From Candidatus Micrarchaeota archaeon (GTDB lineage Archaea; Micrarchaeota; Micrarchaeia; Norongarragalinales; SBBD01), in NCBI GenBank assembly GCA_038046605.1, contig JBBSVW010000013.1:1-36248 (forward strand): DNA of 36,248 bases. Reading direction: 5' to 3'. Below are positions 15,789-25,339 of this stretch, in pieces. Every line of letters begins with the position of its first letter. Position 1 is the stretch's first letter. The translations under genes and the position numbers were made by a program. The notes beneath the pieces are model-generated. The model was not told where the DNA came from. It did no database searches and saw only the letters and a list, made by a program, of their open reading frames with translations.

Positions 15789-17270
15789 ATGGCCGATCTT
15801 GATTTGGCGCACGGGCCTTGGAAGAGGATAGTTTCCGCCACCTGGGGGAATTTCCCGGTGCAGATATACCAAAATCCCGAGAAGGTGCTATTGATTTCCC
15901 TATTCGAAAAAAAGGACGATGAAATAACCGGGGTTTTGGTGCTCGAAAGGCGGGCGCTTATTGTGGAGGGGGATATTTCGAATTTCCTTTTGCAGCAAAA
16001 GCGGGAAATGACACTGATTGAAAAAATTACGAGGGAAAACCGCTACAAGTACGTGATGGTCGATTCAACGCCGGCATTCATCCCCTATTCCGAAAGCGAG
16101 CTGTCCAACGAGGTCGCAAAGCAGTATGAGGAGCTTGACGCCCTTTTGAAAATCACAAAAAAGGGGCTTGAGGCCTCGCCCGATGTGAAAACACGCGAGC
16201 TGAAAAGCGGGACAGACGAGGAGGTGGAAAACCTTTTGGGGGATCCGGTTTCAATCCTATCATTCACAAGGAAAAGCGTGCTTGTGAGGGAGATGCAAGG
16301 CGGCCATCGCGAAAGCACGGCAAAGGCGCTTCTTGGGCTGGATAGGGACGGGCAGAAGGTGGAGGTCGCGCTCAAATCGCTCTTTTCGGCAATCGTGCTT
16401 GGCGATAGCAAGGAAAAGCGCCTTCACCTATTGCACATCATAATCGAGGATGTGCTGCTAAACAGCATCCCGGTTGTCGTATTTGATTCGCAGAATTCAT
16501 TTTCGGGCCTTGCCAGCCCAAGCAAGAGCAAGGAGGAATACGAGAAATATTCCATGAAACCTATTCCGATTGGTTTTACGCTTAAGCAATTTGAAATAGG
16601 CAAGAGCCTCTTTGTCGACCTTAGCATGATTGATTCGGACCTTTTCCTATCGGCCTTTAGCCTCGAAAAGGCGGAGGTTGCTCCTCTTATCAAGAAAATC
16701 TTTGATGAGAAGCGCGAAAAGATTTCAGTCCTTGGTGATATCATCTCCGAAATTTCGGCGTTCAAGGAAACAAAGGAATTTAACAGGTTCAATATTTTGC
16801 GCGCCTCAAGGATCATTGCGGTTTTGCAAAAATCAAACCCGATGCTTTTTGGGAAGAACATTTCGGAGGAATTGGCCTCGCCCTGGAAGGATGGGATGGG
16901 AAAAGTGATCTATGTGCCGCTTCTCTCCCAGAGGGATGAGGTGAAGCGGCTCGTTGTCAATGCCGTAATGAAAACGGTCACGCCAAGCCCCTTCAATCCA
17001 AACAGCGTGCTTTTTGTTTTCGAGCCCAATGTTTCGCAGCTAAAAGATGAGATAGTAAAGCAATTGCCCGGCTTCCCAAAGAACGGGAAGGGATTTGCAT
17101 TGCAAGCGGATCACGAAATAGAGCTGACCGCTTTTGCGGATACGGCCCTTAAGCTCGAGATTGTCGGAAATGAGGTGATCGTTTCCGAGGGGAGCGAACC
17201 CAAGAGGAGGTTTACGGTAAGGCCTGCGTATAGCACATGCAGCGAATTCACGGCGATGCCGGCGAAATGA
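15789..17270 (+). CDS. HerA/DUF87-like P-loop protein with degenerate Walker A
   Basis: LLGLDRDGQKV...AIVLGDSKEKR...IIEDVLLNSIPVVVFD..FSGL follows the HerA N-terminal pattern but lacks GxGK[ST]. Confidence 0.65.
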   Translation: MADLDLAHGPWKRIVSATWGNFPVQIYQNPEKVLLISLFEKKDDEITGVLVLERRALIVEGDISNFLLQQKREMTLIEKITRENRYKYVMVDSTPAFIPYSESELSNEVAKQYEELDALLKITKKGLEASPDVKTRELKSGTDEEVENLLGDPVSILSFTRKSVLVREMQGGHRESTAKALLGLDRDGQKVEVALKSLFSAIVLGDSKEKRLHLLHIIIEDVLLNSIPVVVFDSQNSFSGLASPSKSKEEYEKYSMKPIPIGFTLKQFEIGKSLFVDLSMIDSDLFLSAFSLEKAEVAPLIKKIFDEKREKISVLGDIISEISAFKETKEFNRFNILRASRIIAVLQKSNPMLFGKNISEELASPWKDGMGKVIYVPLLSQRDEVKRLVVNAVMKTVTPSPFNPNSVLFVFEPNVSQLKDEIVKQLPGFPKNGKGFALQADHEIELTAFADTALKLEIVGNEVIVSEGSEPKRRFTVRPAYSTCSEFTAMPAK

Positions 17271-17910
17271 AATTGCGCCATTTCTCTTTTATCTTCGGAT
17301 TACTCGTACCTATTAAATCAAACCATTTTATGACGTTTTTTATACCATAGATGCACAAATAGTTTTTCGTGTACTTTTGCCCATTCCTCTTGTCGATATA
17401 TTCCTGATCGACAACCAAACTGCTACTAATTCCGTATTTATTGATGAATATTGCAATGCTGCCAAGCAATACTTTATTCTTCATTCCAAATTCTATGCAG
17501 GGGTAGTAGGGTACTTTTCGGTATCTTTTCTTGATAGTAAAGCAGCCATCCGTATCAAACACTCCCCGTATAAAAGCAGCGGTCAACTCTTTGGATGCTA
17601 AAAAGCAGGTAGGTATATCCGCAAAGTTTAGCTTATCTTTCGGGATGCCAATTTGTCCGATGCATAAAGCTAATTCCTTTGAGCAAAAGCGTATACCAAT
17701 ACTCCTGCCTTTATCCATTAGTGAAGGACATATTTGCCTGCCAAGTAAATTGCTCGCTAATTTCGATACCCGTTCAAAATAATAAGGAAATTCGTCTTTA
17801 GGATTCCCGACGAATTTAAAATCAAATTCTGCTTTTTCTGGTCGCACATGTAAAGATCCGTCACCTACAAATATCCCTAAAAATTCCGCATTTTCAATAG
17901 TTAAGTCCAT
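17248..17910 (-). CDS. Free-standing double-motif LAGLIDADG endonuclease
   Basis: AEFLGIFVGDGS and AFIRGVFDTDGC; no intein splicing motifs; AT-rich; overlaps the convergent gene end by 23 nt. Confidence 0.9.
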   Translation of the reverse strand: MDLTIENAEFLGIFVGDGSLHVRPEKAEFDFKFVGNPKDEFPYYFERVSKLASNLLGRQICPSLMDKGRSIGIRFCSKELALCIGQIGIPKDKLNFADIPTCFLASKELTAAFIRGVFDTDGCFTIKKRYRKVPYYPCIEFGMKNKVLLGSIAIFINKYGISSSLVVDQEYIDKRNGQKYTKNYLCIYGIKNVIKWFDLIGTSNPKIKEKWRNFISPASP

Positions 17911-17977
17911 AAGGCTTATTGCGAAAATTGAGTATATATTTATTGCCAGGGGTGGTTTCGGGTGGAAAAAGAAAAAA

Positions 17978-18093
17978 TAGCGGAGGGTGGATTTGAACCA
18001 CCGGTCTTTACCCGAGGAAAGAACTAATAAAAATCAGTTCCGCCCTCTCCGGGTTATGAGCCCAGCGGGCACTCCTGGCTACCCTACCCCGCT
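17978..18093 (-). tRNA. Initiator tRNA-Met(CAT) with 41-nt intron at position 43/44
   Basis: Acceptor AGCGGGG/CTCCGCT with A1-U72; anticodon arm CTGGG-CTCATAA-CCCGG with 3 G-C pairs; T arm GGTGG-TTCAAAT-CCACC; 75 nt after intron removal. Confidence 0.95.
18008..18048 (-). other. tRNA intron with relaxed bulge-helix-bulge junction
   Basis: ACCC/GGGT central helix, bulges GG^A and AA^A, GAGG/CCTC intron helix, internal hairpin GGAACTGAT-TTTT-ATTAGTTCT. Confidence 0.88.
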
Positions 18094-18230
18094 ATTAGAA
18101 GGATTGTTATGGGCAAAACCGATTATAAACGGTTTGGTTGCGGCTTAGAGGGAAAAAACAGCAATGGATGGTGGAAATTAGAGGGAAAAAACCATAAATG
18201 GTAAAAAATAATTCCAAACAAAAAAATCGG

Positions 18231-18800
18231 CTAATACATGTTGCGTGTAAAGCGGTCGCGGTCTGGAAGTTCCCCTCTTGCGGAGAGGATTTTTTCTATC
18301 GCATTGATCCGGATTTCCGCCTTCTTTAGCTCATCTTGCGTATCGAGGTATTTCATGTCGGATGAGCATGTGGGGCAGCGGAACTTGTTTTCCATTGCCG
18401 TATCGAAATGGAATTTTGAGCAGCCCTTGCGGCAGCGGTAAATGAGCGCGCCCTCGCTTGCCTCAACGCCCTCGCGAAGCCGCTCGACTTCCTTCTTTTT
18501 TATCATGAGGAAATTCTGCATCGCGCGATCCACATTGACCTTCCAGGTGTAGGTGAACCAACCGTTTTGCATGTTCTTTTCCCTCGAGTATTCGACAAAG
18601 CCATAGGAGTGGAGGTGGTTTAAAATTGACCTGATCTCGGCGATCTTGAGCTTGGTTTTTTGCTCTATGATCTCATCAGTTGCGCCCTCGCCCATGGAAA
18701 GGAGGATTGCAAGGCCCTTGTTGCCTATGCTCTCAAGCACGAATTCGTGGAGGTACTTGACGAAATCAGGCCCCTTGGGGCGCCCTATGACTTTGCGCAT
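18231..18800 (-). CDS. tfe: Transcription factor E (TFE alpha)
   Basis: wHTH with TDEII...EIRSILNHL...GWFTYTW; Zn ribbon CRKGC...FRCPTC. Confidence 0.92.
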   Translation of the reverse strand: MRKVIGRPKGPDFVKYLHEFVLESIGNKGLAILLSMGEGATDEIIEQKTKLKIAEIRSILNHLHSYGFVEYSREKNMQNGWFTYTWKVNVDRAMQNFLMIKKKEVERLREGVEASEGALIYRCRKGCSKFHFDTAMENKFRCPTCSSDMKYLDTQDELKKAEIRINAIEKILSARGELPDRDRFTRNMY

Positions 18801-18958
18801 ATGCTTGCTATACTCAGGGAAAATATATATATCCCTCCGAAAGAATCCGCAATGAGAAAAGGAATAAAAAGATTATTTTCGAGGGGGAAAATGGGCATTA
18901 TTCAGGGAAAAGATTGCCAAACAGGGCATTAATATTTACCAGATGCATCTTGTTTATC

Positions 18959-19390
18959 ATGGATTTTGGAAAAATCTCCCCGTGGAAAATTGCAATTGTG
19001 GTTTTGATTGTCATTAGCGCAGTAGGCTATTTGCTTATTGCCAAAGAGCTCGATCCTAGATGCAGCGGACAGATAAGGCTGCAAAACGGTTGCGACTGCA
19101 ATTATTATTTTACTGGGGAAACAATCATGTATAAATTATTTGGGAGGATCGGGAACCCATTTAGGGCCGAATTTATGGCGCCACAAAATCCGCTTGCAAT
19201 TTGCAAGGCAAAACTTGCTATGATTGGAGAGTGCTATTCTACTACCGATGGAAAATGGCTAGAAGGGAAAGCAGGGGTTAAGATGCCTGTTTGCGACCAG
19301 TATTACGTGGAGTCGTGCTCTAAACGGCTCAAGGGCACAAGCTGGTATGACTCGGAAAGTACATTCAATTGCGGAAAAATGCCAGTGTAG
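18959..19390 (+). CDS. Cys-rich membrane-anchored/secreted hypothetical protein
   Basis: N-terminal hydrophobic helix IAIVVLIVISAVGYLLIA followed by 8 Cys. Confidence 0.65.
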   Translation: MDFGKISPWKIAIVVLIVISAVGYLLIAKELDPRCSGQIRLQNGCDCNYYFTGETIMYKLFGRIGNPFRAEFMAPQNPLAICKAKLAMIGECYSTTDGKWLEGKAGVKMPVCDQYYVESCSKRLKGTSWYDSESTFNCGKMPV

Positions 19391-19424
19391 AGGTAATTGA
19401 TCGCCCCCAATGCTTCTACTGATT

Positions 19425-19877
19425 TTATTCCAGCATCGAAACGATTGATTTTTCGATGAGCAGATCCTCAAGGCCGTATTTTTCGAGCGCTTTTGGGGGA
19501 ATGGAATATTCAGATGCGATATTTTGCAAAGCAGTTTTTGAATTTGAATATTTTATGGGCAAGCCCATTTTCGAAAGCACGCTTTTGGGCAGGGGGTTTT
19601 CGCTTGCAATGCCAACAACATCCCCCTTTGGCATAACAAAATCGAGCGCCTGATTGATGTTCCTTTTGCATGCAATGCGGCAGATCCATTGCACCGCAAA
19701 ATCATTGGCTACGTTTTCATGCCTGGAAAAATCCGCCTTTGCGGCTAAAAGTGCGGCAGAAATAAAGCCTTTTAAGGAGGCCAAATCGGGCCGTATTGAT
19801 ATGGCTTTATATTCCTTGATGGAGCTAATTATCTCCTTGTTTTTCAGGCGCGTTTTAATGAAATAAAAGTTGGGCAT
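19425..19877 (-). CDS. cgi121: KEOPS subunit Cgi121-like protein
   Basis: About 150 aa; NVANDFAVQWICRIACKRNINQAL resembles the Cgi121 core; C-terminal LEDLLIEK. Confidence 0.6.
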   Translation of the reverse strand: MPNFYFIKTRLKNKEIISSIKEYKAISIRPDLASLKGFISAALLAAKADFSRHENVANDFAVQWICRIACKRNINQALDFVMPKGDVVGIASENPLPKSVLSKMGLPIKYSNSKTALQNIASEYSIPPKALEKYGLEDLLIEKSIVSMLE

Positions 19878-19938
19878 AAGCCTTCCTTTGGATCTGCCTG
19901 GAATAATAAAGTTGTCATCAAACTAGGGTGTTTTATGC

Positions 19939-20331
19939 ATGGTGCAATATCACGCGGCGTTCAAAACCAAGAATTCGGGGACGGGCGCAAAGAAGCGGGC
20001 GAATCGGGATAAGATATTGGCAAATATGGGGGGCTTTTTTGCAAGGCCAAGGCTTGAAAAGGAATCGGGCAAGGAGGTCCGCGAGGTAAAGAAGGGCAAG
20101 GGCGGAAACATGAAGGTGCGCCTGAAGTCTGCCGTCTTTGCAAACGTTGTCCTGAAGGATGGGAAGATGAAGAAGGTCAAGATCACAAATGTTGCGCAAA
20201 GCCCGGATAACCGCCACTATGCATCGGAAAATACCATAACAAAGGGCGCAATCATTGAAACCGAAGCGGGCAAGGCGCGTGTCATGAGCAGGCCTTCGCA
20301 GCACGGAGTTGTGAATGCGGTGCTTGTCTGA
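19939..20331 (+). CDS. rps8e: 30S ribosomal protein S8e
   Basis: GKGGNMKVRL, ANV, NRHYASENTITKGAIIETEAGKARVMSRPSQHGVVNAVL. Confidence 0.97.
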   Translation: MVQYHAAFKTKNSGTGAKKRANRDKILANMGGFFARPRLEKESGKEVREVKKGKGGNMKVRLKSAVFANVVLKDGKMKKVKITNVAQSPDNRHYASENTITKGAIIETEAGKARVMSRPSQHGVVNAVLV

Positions 20332-20575
20332 TTTTTTAAATTCCCGCATTTATTTTAATGGTTAGCGGATGCTTTGAAAAAGGGGCATTGGCATTCAAGA
20401 TTAGTCGGTCTGGATTTCCGCGACCTAAACCCTACCATCATATTTTCGATAGCGCAAAATTGAGCGCCATCACAACAAACACAATTACAACCACCTTGAC
20501 CGCGGGCTAATAGATGGATGCAGCATTTAATGGCATTTCAAGAGTATAGGAGTTTTTATTGGCCAGCCATTAAAC

Positions 20576-21931
20576 TCAACCCGAGGGTATATCTATCAGG
20601 AGCTCCCGGCGCATCATCCGCTCAACCTCATCTTCAAGCTCCTCCGCCGCTTCCAGGGCCAAATCCCGGGCCATTTCCTCAGAAAGCCTATCCCCCTTTT
20701 CCCATCCGAGTTTTTTTGCCCGATCTAGGATTTCATCAGACTTGGTTTTCCTTGTTGAAAGGATCCGTTTAATCCTATCCACTCCCGGATCCCGCTTGTG
20801 CGGAACGGATTTAAGGCATGCTGCTGCGAATGCCTTCGAGTACCTATATACTAGGGGATCATCCATTCCCTCAATTGCCGACCTTGCCTGCAGGACATCA
20901 TTGACATAGGAAAAGGGAGGAACATACAAGTAATTCCCCTCGACTTTGAAAGGCTCCCTAATGCCAATATCCGACGGCCTTACCTCCAGGTGCTCTTCCC
21001 TTATCCTCTTCATCAAATATTTCATGAGCAGGCTGGTCCCCACAATATGGGATGGCAGGTTCATATCTAGTCCCCGGTATTCGAACGTACCCACCTTGTT
21101 GATCCGCAAAGGCCCCCAATTGAACTGCAAGGGATGCCGTTCCCCAACAATATCCTCATAAACAGGGCACCTTTCGGTTACGAGCTCTTTCCAGGTGGCA
21201 TACCTGTGCTCGGTCAGCATGATCACATCCGACAGGCCTGCGGCATACCTTGGCAAGCCGCCAAATAGGCTGTAATCGGAATAAAGGCCAACATAGTCTG
21301 CATTGCCGCGCAGCCTCATATCGCGGTATATCATAATTCGCGAATCCTTCACATGGTGCATGCCGTCGAGGAACGGGGAGGATTCCATGAAATTTGTGAC
21401 CGCGGGATCCATGGCAATCATAATATTGTACAAATTGAGGAAATCCTCCTTGTATTTTGACCTGAAAAGTTGCCGAAGGAGGCGTTTTTTGCTGTCAAAC
21501 ACACCATAGGGTAGGCAGTAATGGAAATGGAAGCCTGCAACCCTGCCTGTCGACATGGCATATTTTGCCGGGCCCAGGACGGATTCACACATCCGGTAAT
21601 AATCATCCTGCCTGGCAGTTGGAATATGGTTCCCGAAATATGTCCCGTAGGGGAATAGCCGAATATCCATCCGCTTCCCAAGCTCTATTAGCTTTTCAAT
21701 GGTTTCAAGCCACGACCATGCGCCCTTCCTTACCCTGAAATTGGCTACACTTGCAATTTCAACCATATTGTGCGTGTATTCCTTGTGGATTGGGTATTTT
21801 AACCGGAGTTTATTCCCCGCCTCCAAAAAATCATCTGCCCTTGAAGATATCGCGCCGTTGTCCTCGAGCAAAAAAAGCTCGGTCTCGAACCCCACTAGGT
21901 GCTTTTTACGGGGCATTTGCAGTTTTTTCAT
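20576..21931 (-). CDS. Glutamate-cysteine ligase family 2 (GCS2/YbdK-like) carboxylate-amine ligase
   Basis: VGFETELFL, EYTHNMVEIAS, GFHFHY, SSPF, WGPLRINKVGTFEYRGLD. Confidence 0.85.
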   Translation of the reverse strand: MKKLQMPRKKHLVGFETELFLLEDNGAISSRADDFLEAGNKLRLKYPIHKEYTHNMVEIASVANFRVRKGAWSWLETIEKLIELGKRMDIRLFPYGTYFGNHIPTARQDDYYRMCESVLGPAKYAMSTGRVAGFHFHYCLPYGVFDSKKRLLRQLFRSKYKEDFLNLYNIMIAMDPAVTNFMESSPFLDGMHHVKDSRIMIYRDMRLRGNADYVGLYSDYSLFGGLPRYAAGLSDVIMLTEHRYATWKELVTERCPVYEDIVGERHPLQFNWGPLRINKVGTFEYRGLDMNLPSHIVGTSLLMKYLMKRIREEHLEVRPSDIGIREPFKVEGNYLYVPPFSYVNDVLQARSAIEGMDDPLVYRYSKAFAAACLKSVPHKRDPGVDRIKRILSTRKTKSDEILDRAKKLGWEKGDRLSEEMARDLALEAAEELEDEVERMMRRELLIDIPSG

Positions 21932-22854
21932 TTTGTGTCGACCCCTTTTCTAATAGCCTCCGCCATCATTTTGGGGACATCCGCACCGGCTTTGGCATAC
22001 ATTTCCGGGTAAAGGCCGGGGAACGCATTGACATCCACGACATAGGGCGGTCCATCATTCGCGGTAATGATGTCGACACCAACCCAGCTCATTCTTAGGT
22101 TTTCCGCCACATCCTCCGCGTATCCAATGTATTCTTCCGGCGGATCGGCAAGGAGCATTTTGCCCCCGATGCGACTTCGGTCCCAAACTTTCCAGCCCCC
22201 TTTGAAGCTGGATTCGCTTTTTGCATAGGCATAAGCATATTCCCCGCCGATTATGTTAATCCCGACCCAATCTTTCGGGGAATTGAGGATGTATCTTTCC
22301 GCATAATGGATGGATGGGGGCATATAGTCGCAATAATCCACCAGATCCGCGGGAGAATCGATTTTTACAATGCCTATGCCGTAGCCCCCCCACCTTGGCT
22401 TAAGCAGGACTCCGGCCCATCCATCCATCCGCTTGGCTGCTTGTTCAACATTGGAGGGATCGAATAGGACATATTCCGGTGAGGGGATTTTTTTTTGTTT
22501 CAGGAATTTTGCGGTCGCATATTTGTCCATTGCGGTCGCATACCCGTTTGAGGGATTGAATAATTTGCATTTCTCCTCGATGCCCCTTAGCACTTCAAGG
22601 CCATATTCCCGGCGGTGGCCGGAACCAAGGTCGCCAAACCAAGCAAGGGCGATATATTCGCCGGCAATAGCAGCGTCTTGAGGTAAAATATTGCTGCGCA
22701 AATCCCCTACCTCAATTACCTCATCAAACAGCTTGCCAAGTTCCGAAAGCAAACCGTCCCGAACCTCGCGAAGCAAGAACCCCGGAGCATCGGCGCTAAC
22801 GCTAGTCATCGATTCCCTGAAGGGAAGCCAATATGCAACTGATTCCTTACCCAT
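21928..22854 (-). CDS. RimK/GshB-like ATP-grasp ligase
   Basis: MDKYAT, LLKPRWGGYGIGIVK, ERYI, WVGVDII, VDVNAFPG; ATGA overlap with the GCS2 gene. Confidence 0.87.
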   Translation of the reverse strand: MGKESVAYWLPFRESMTSVSADAPGFLLREVRDGLLSELGKLFDEVIEVGDLRSNILPQDAAIAGEYIALAWFGDLGSGHRREYGLEVLRGIEEKCKLFNPSNGYATAMDKYATAKFLKQKKIPSPEYVLFDPSNVEQAAKRMDGWAGVLLKPRWGGYGIGIVKIDSPADLVDYCDYMPPSIHYAERYILNSPKDWVGINIIGGEYAYAYAKSESSFKGGWKVWDRSRIGGKMLLADPPEEYIGYAEDVAENLRMSWVGVDIITANDGPPYVVDVNAFPGLYPEMYAKAGADVPKMMAEAIRKGVDTK

Positions 22855-22879
22855 AAACCGACATCGCCGCTATTTGCAT

Positions 22880-23944
22880 TTACCTCCTGATATAAACATC
22901 CCTTTTGGGGTAGGGTATTTCTATGCGCTCCTTTTTGAACCTCGTATGCAATGACTTGATGAATAGATGTTTCATCGGAAACTGCGCACCAAACTCACTT
23001 GCCCCAAGGATTACTGCAAAACCTATCCCCGAATCCGCAAACGTATGGAATCTCAAAATAGGGGCAAAATCCCTAACCGCGCCCTGCGCCGTCTTCTGGA
23101 TGCGCAAGGCCTCCTCTAGTGCAACCTTCTCGACTTTTTCCAGGTTCGAATCATAGCTGACAAAAGCCTGCACGGAAAATGATAGCTGCCTGTCGGGTGC
23201 ATTGAAATTCGTCATGATGCTTTGGGCAAGCTTTGAATTGGGCACTACAACAACATTATTTTGGAGCGTAAGTAGCTGGGCGCTCCGCCAGCCTATTTTC
23301 GCCACCTTCCCCTCGTCGCCCGATTCGAGCTTGATGTAATCTCCGGTCTTGATTGGCCGATCAGCTGTAATGTAGATCCCCGCAAAGAAATTGCTTAGGG
23401 TGTCCTGGAATGCAAGCGCAACAGCAAGCCCCGCTATCCCAAGGCTGGCAAGAAGGGGCGAAATCTCCACGCCGAAATTGTCAAGGATCATCATTAGGGC
23501 AACAAGTACGACAACCACGCGCATTATGCGCCGTATTGTCGGGAAAATCTCGTTAGCCATCGTCCTTGTTTTTGGAGCAATTTCCTCCGCGTACCAATTA
23601 AGGAACGAATTGAAAATTCGCATTACCGAGAACGCGCCGAGGGAAATCCATATTACCGAAAAAATTCTGTCCAATTGCTGCCGGAAAGGTAAAAGGAGGG
23701 AGAACTGGCCAATTGCTGCATAAAGCCCTACAGCGACAACAAAAAGGAAAATGGGCGTTTCGGATGCTTCAACCAGCCTGTCGTCCAGGGTGTTATGGGT
23801 TTTTTTTGTGAGCCCCTGGATATATTTCTTGATGAACCAGTAGAGCAGCTTTGCCAGAATGAAAGATGCTAGCATTATGCCGCAGGCCAGCATCAATTCG
23901 TAGCCTGTGCCCTCAGAAATTCCAAATGCCATTGCAATCCCCAA
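22880..23944 (-). CDS. mscS: Small-conductance mechanosensitive channel (MscS family)
   Basis: LLASLGIAGLAVALAFQDTLSNFFAG, RPIKTGDYI, VPNSKL, IEIPYP; start may be TTG 23944 or ATG 23932. Confidence 0.93.
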   Translation of the reverse strand: MGIAMAFGISEGTGYELMLACGIMLASFILAKLLYWFIKKYIQGLTKKTHNTLDDRLVEASETPIFLFVVAVGLYAAIGQFSLLLPFRQQLDRIFSVIWISLGAFSVMRIFNSFLNWYAEEIAPKTRTMANEIFPTIRRIMRVVVVLVALMMILDNFGVEISPLLASLGIAGLAVALAFQDTLSNFFAGIYITADRPIKTGDYIKLESGDEGKVAKIGWRSAQLLTLQNNVVVVPNSKLAQSIMTNFNAPDRQLSFSVQAFVSYDSNLEKVEKVALEEALRIQKTAQGAVRDFAPILRFHTFADSGIGFAVILGASEFGAQFPMKHLFIKSLHTRFKKERIEIPYPKRDVYIRR

Positions 23945-24084
23945 CCTATCCTCAGCAGGCTTATTAAATCCTTCAAAATATCATTGGCAATCGTGGAACA
24001 TCAAGTCCACAATTGTCGTAATATGGGGCACTTTTTCAGGCATATTTTTAATCACTCCGGGCATCATTTAGTGAGTGCATCAAT

Positions 24085-25332
24085 ATGTCTCAGGAATTCT
24101 TCCTAATGGGAGCAATAATTGTCATAGGATTCTTTTCCATGATATTCTTCGAGAGGACGAAAATACCAGATGTGCTCTTCCTCATGCTCCTTGGGGTGCT
24201 GCTTGGGCCGGTATTTGGGATTGTCGATACTTCGGAAGCCTCGTTGATATTCAGCCTTGCGCCCTTTGTTGGGACGCTGGCGCTTATCATCCTTCTTTTC
24301 GACGGCGGGATCAACCTCAACATATTCAAGGTGGTAAAGGAGCTGGGGAAGGCAACGTCCTATACGCTTGTCGTATTCATAATTACAGTTGCTGCAATAG
24401 GCTTTGCCATGAAGATGCTCCTTGGCTGGCAGCTTGCGGAAGGGCTTTTGCTTGGGGCAGTAATTGGCGGGGCCTCCTCCGCCATAGTAATACCAATTTT
24501 GTCGGGGATTGCCGTGCGGGATGAAAGCAAAACTCTCCTTACGCTAGAATCCGCCATGACAGATGCCCTTTCAATCATACTGGCATTCCTTTTGATAGAG
24601 ATAATAATTTCCAAAACCGTCAACCTCTCAAGCGTTGGGAACCAGGTCGCATCCGCTTTTTCGATTGCTTTTTTCATCGCAATAATCTTTGCCATCATCT
24701 GGATAGTGCTATTGCGAAGGCTCTATGGCAAGCCCTTTGGGTACCTTCTGACAATTGCCGTCCTTTTCATCCTTTATTCCTCCGTGGAGGCATTGAGGGG
24801 GAATGGCGCAATTGCAGTCCTGGTGTTTGGGATCCTTCTTAGCAGCATGAAGGAACTTGCAAAATTCCTCAAGGTTCCGGGGGATTTTGGGTTGGAGGAC
24901 AAGCTTAGGGAATTCCAAACGGAGGTCTCGTTTTTCGTTAGGACATTCTTTTTTGTGTACATGGGGCTTATCATAAGCCTTGAGAATGTGGTGTTCCAGG
25001 TCGTATTCATTTCGGGCATTCTCCTAGCGCTGATGCTCGCCTCAAGGATTGCGGGGATCAAGCTGCTTGGGCACAATTTCCCGGACAGCCATCAGAACCT
25101 GCTTATTGTTTCCATGCTCCCACGGGGCCTTGCTTCGGCCGTGCTTGCATTCCTCCCGCTCCAGTTCGGGATAAATCTGGAATATTTCACGGAACTGGTG
25201 TTCCTCTCAATTGTGCTGACAAACATTGCGGCAACAGTTGGCGTTTTCTACTATGCGAAGGATAGCGCATTTGGCAGGCCAAGGATAATTGCCCCATCGG
25301 AGCAAAAATACCCGTATGTAAAAAAGAAGTGA
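24085..25332 (+). CDS. Cation/proton antiporter, CPA1 (NhaP-like)
   Basis: Polytopic; IPDVLFLMLLGVLLGP, LFDGG, LESAMTD, FFVRTFFFVYMG, PRGLASAVLA. Confidence 0.92.
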   Translation: MSQEFFLMGAIIVIGFFSMIFFERTKIPDVLFLMLLGVLLGPVFGIVDTSEASLIFSLAPFVGTLALIILLFDGGINLNIFKVVKELGKATSYTLVVFIITVAAIGFAMKMLLGWQLAEGLLLGAVIGGASSAIVIPILSGIAVRDESKTLLTLESAMTDALSIILAFLLIEIIISKTVNLSSVGNQVASAFSIAFFIAIIFAIIWIVLLRRLYGKPFGYLLTIAVLFILYSSVEALRGNGAIAVLVFGILLSSMKELAKFLKVPGDFGLEDKLREFQTEVSFFVRTFFFVYMGLIISLENVVFQVVFISGILLALMLASRIAGIKLLGHNFPDSHQNLLIVSMLPRGLASAVLAFLPLQFGINLEYFTELVFLSIVLTNIAATVGVFYYAKDSAFGRPRIIAPSEQKYPYVKKK

Positions 25333-25339
25333 TATCGGA

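Noticed and set aside
18012-18020. CCGAGGAAA in the tRNA intron matching the end of repeat A
   Set aside because: Only 9 bp, explained by intron pairing needs; likely chance.
20340-20570. SRP RNA or other ncRNA after rps8e; short hydrophobic reading frame on the minus strand
   Set aside because: Too short and AT-rich for archaeal SRP RNA with no helix 8 motif seen; the hydrophobic frame lacks a start.
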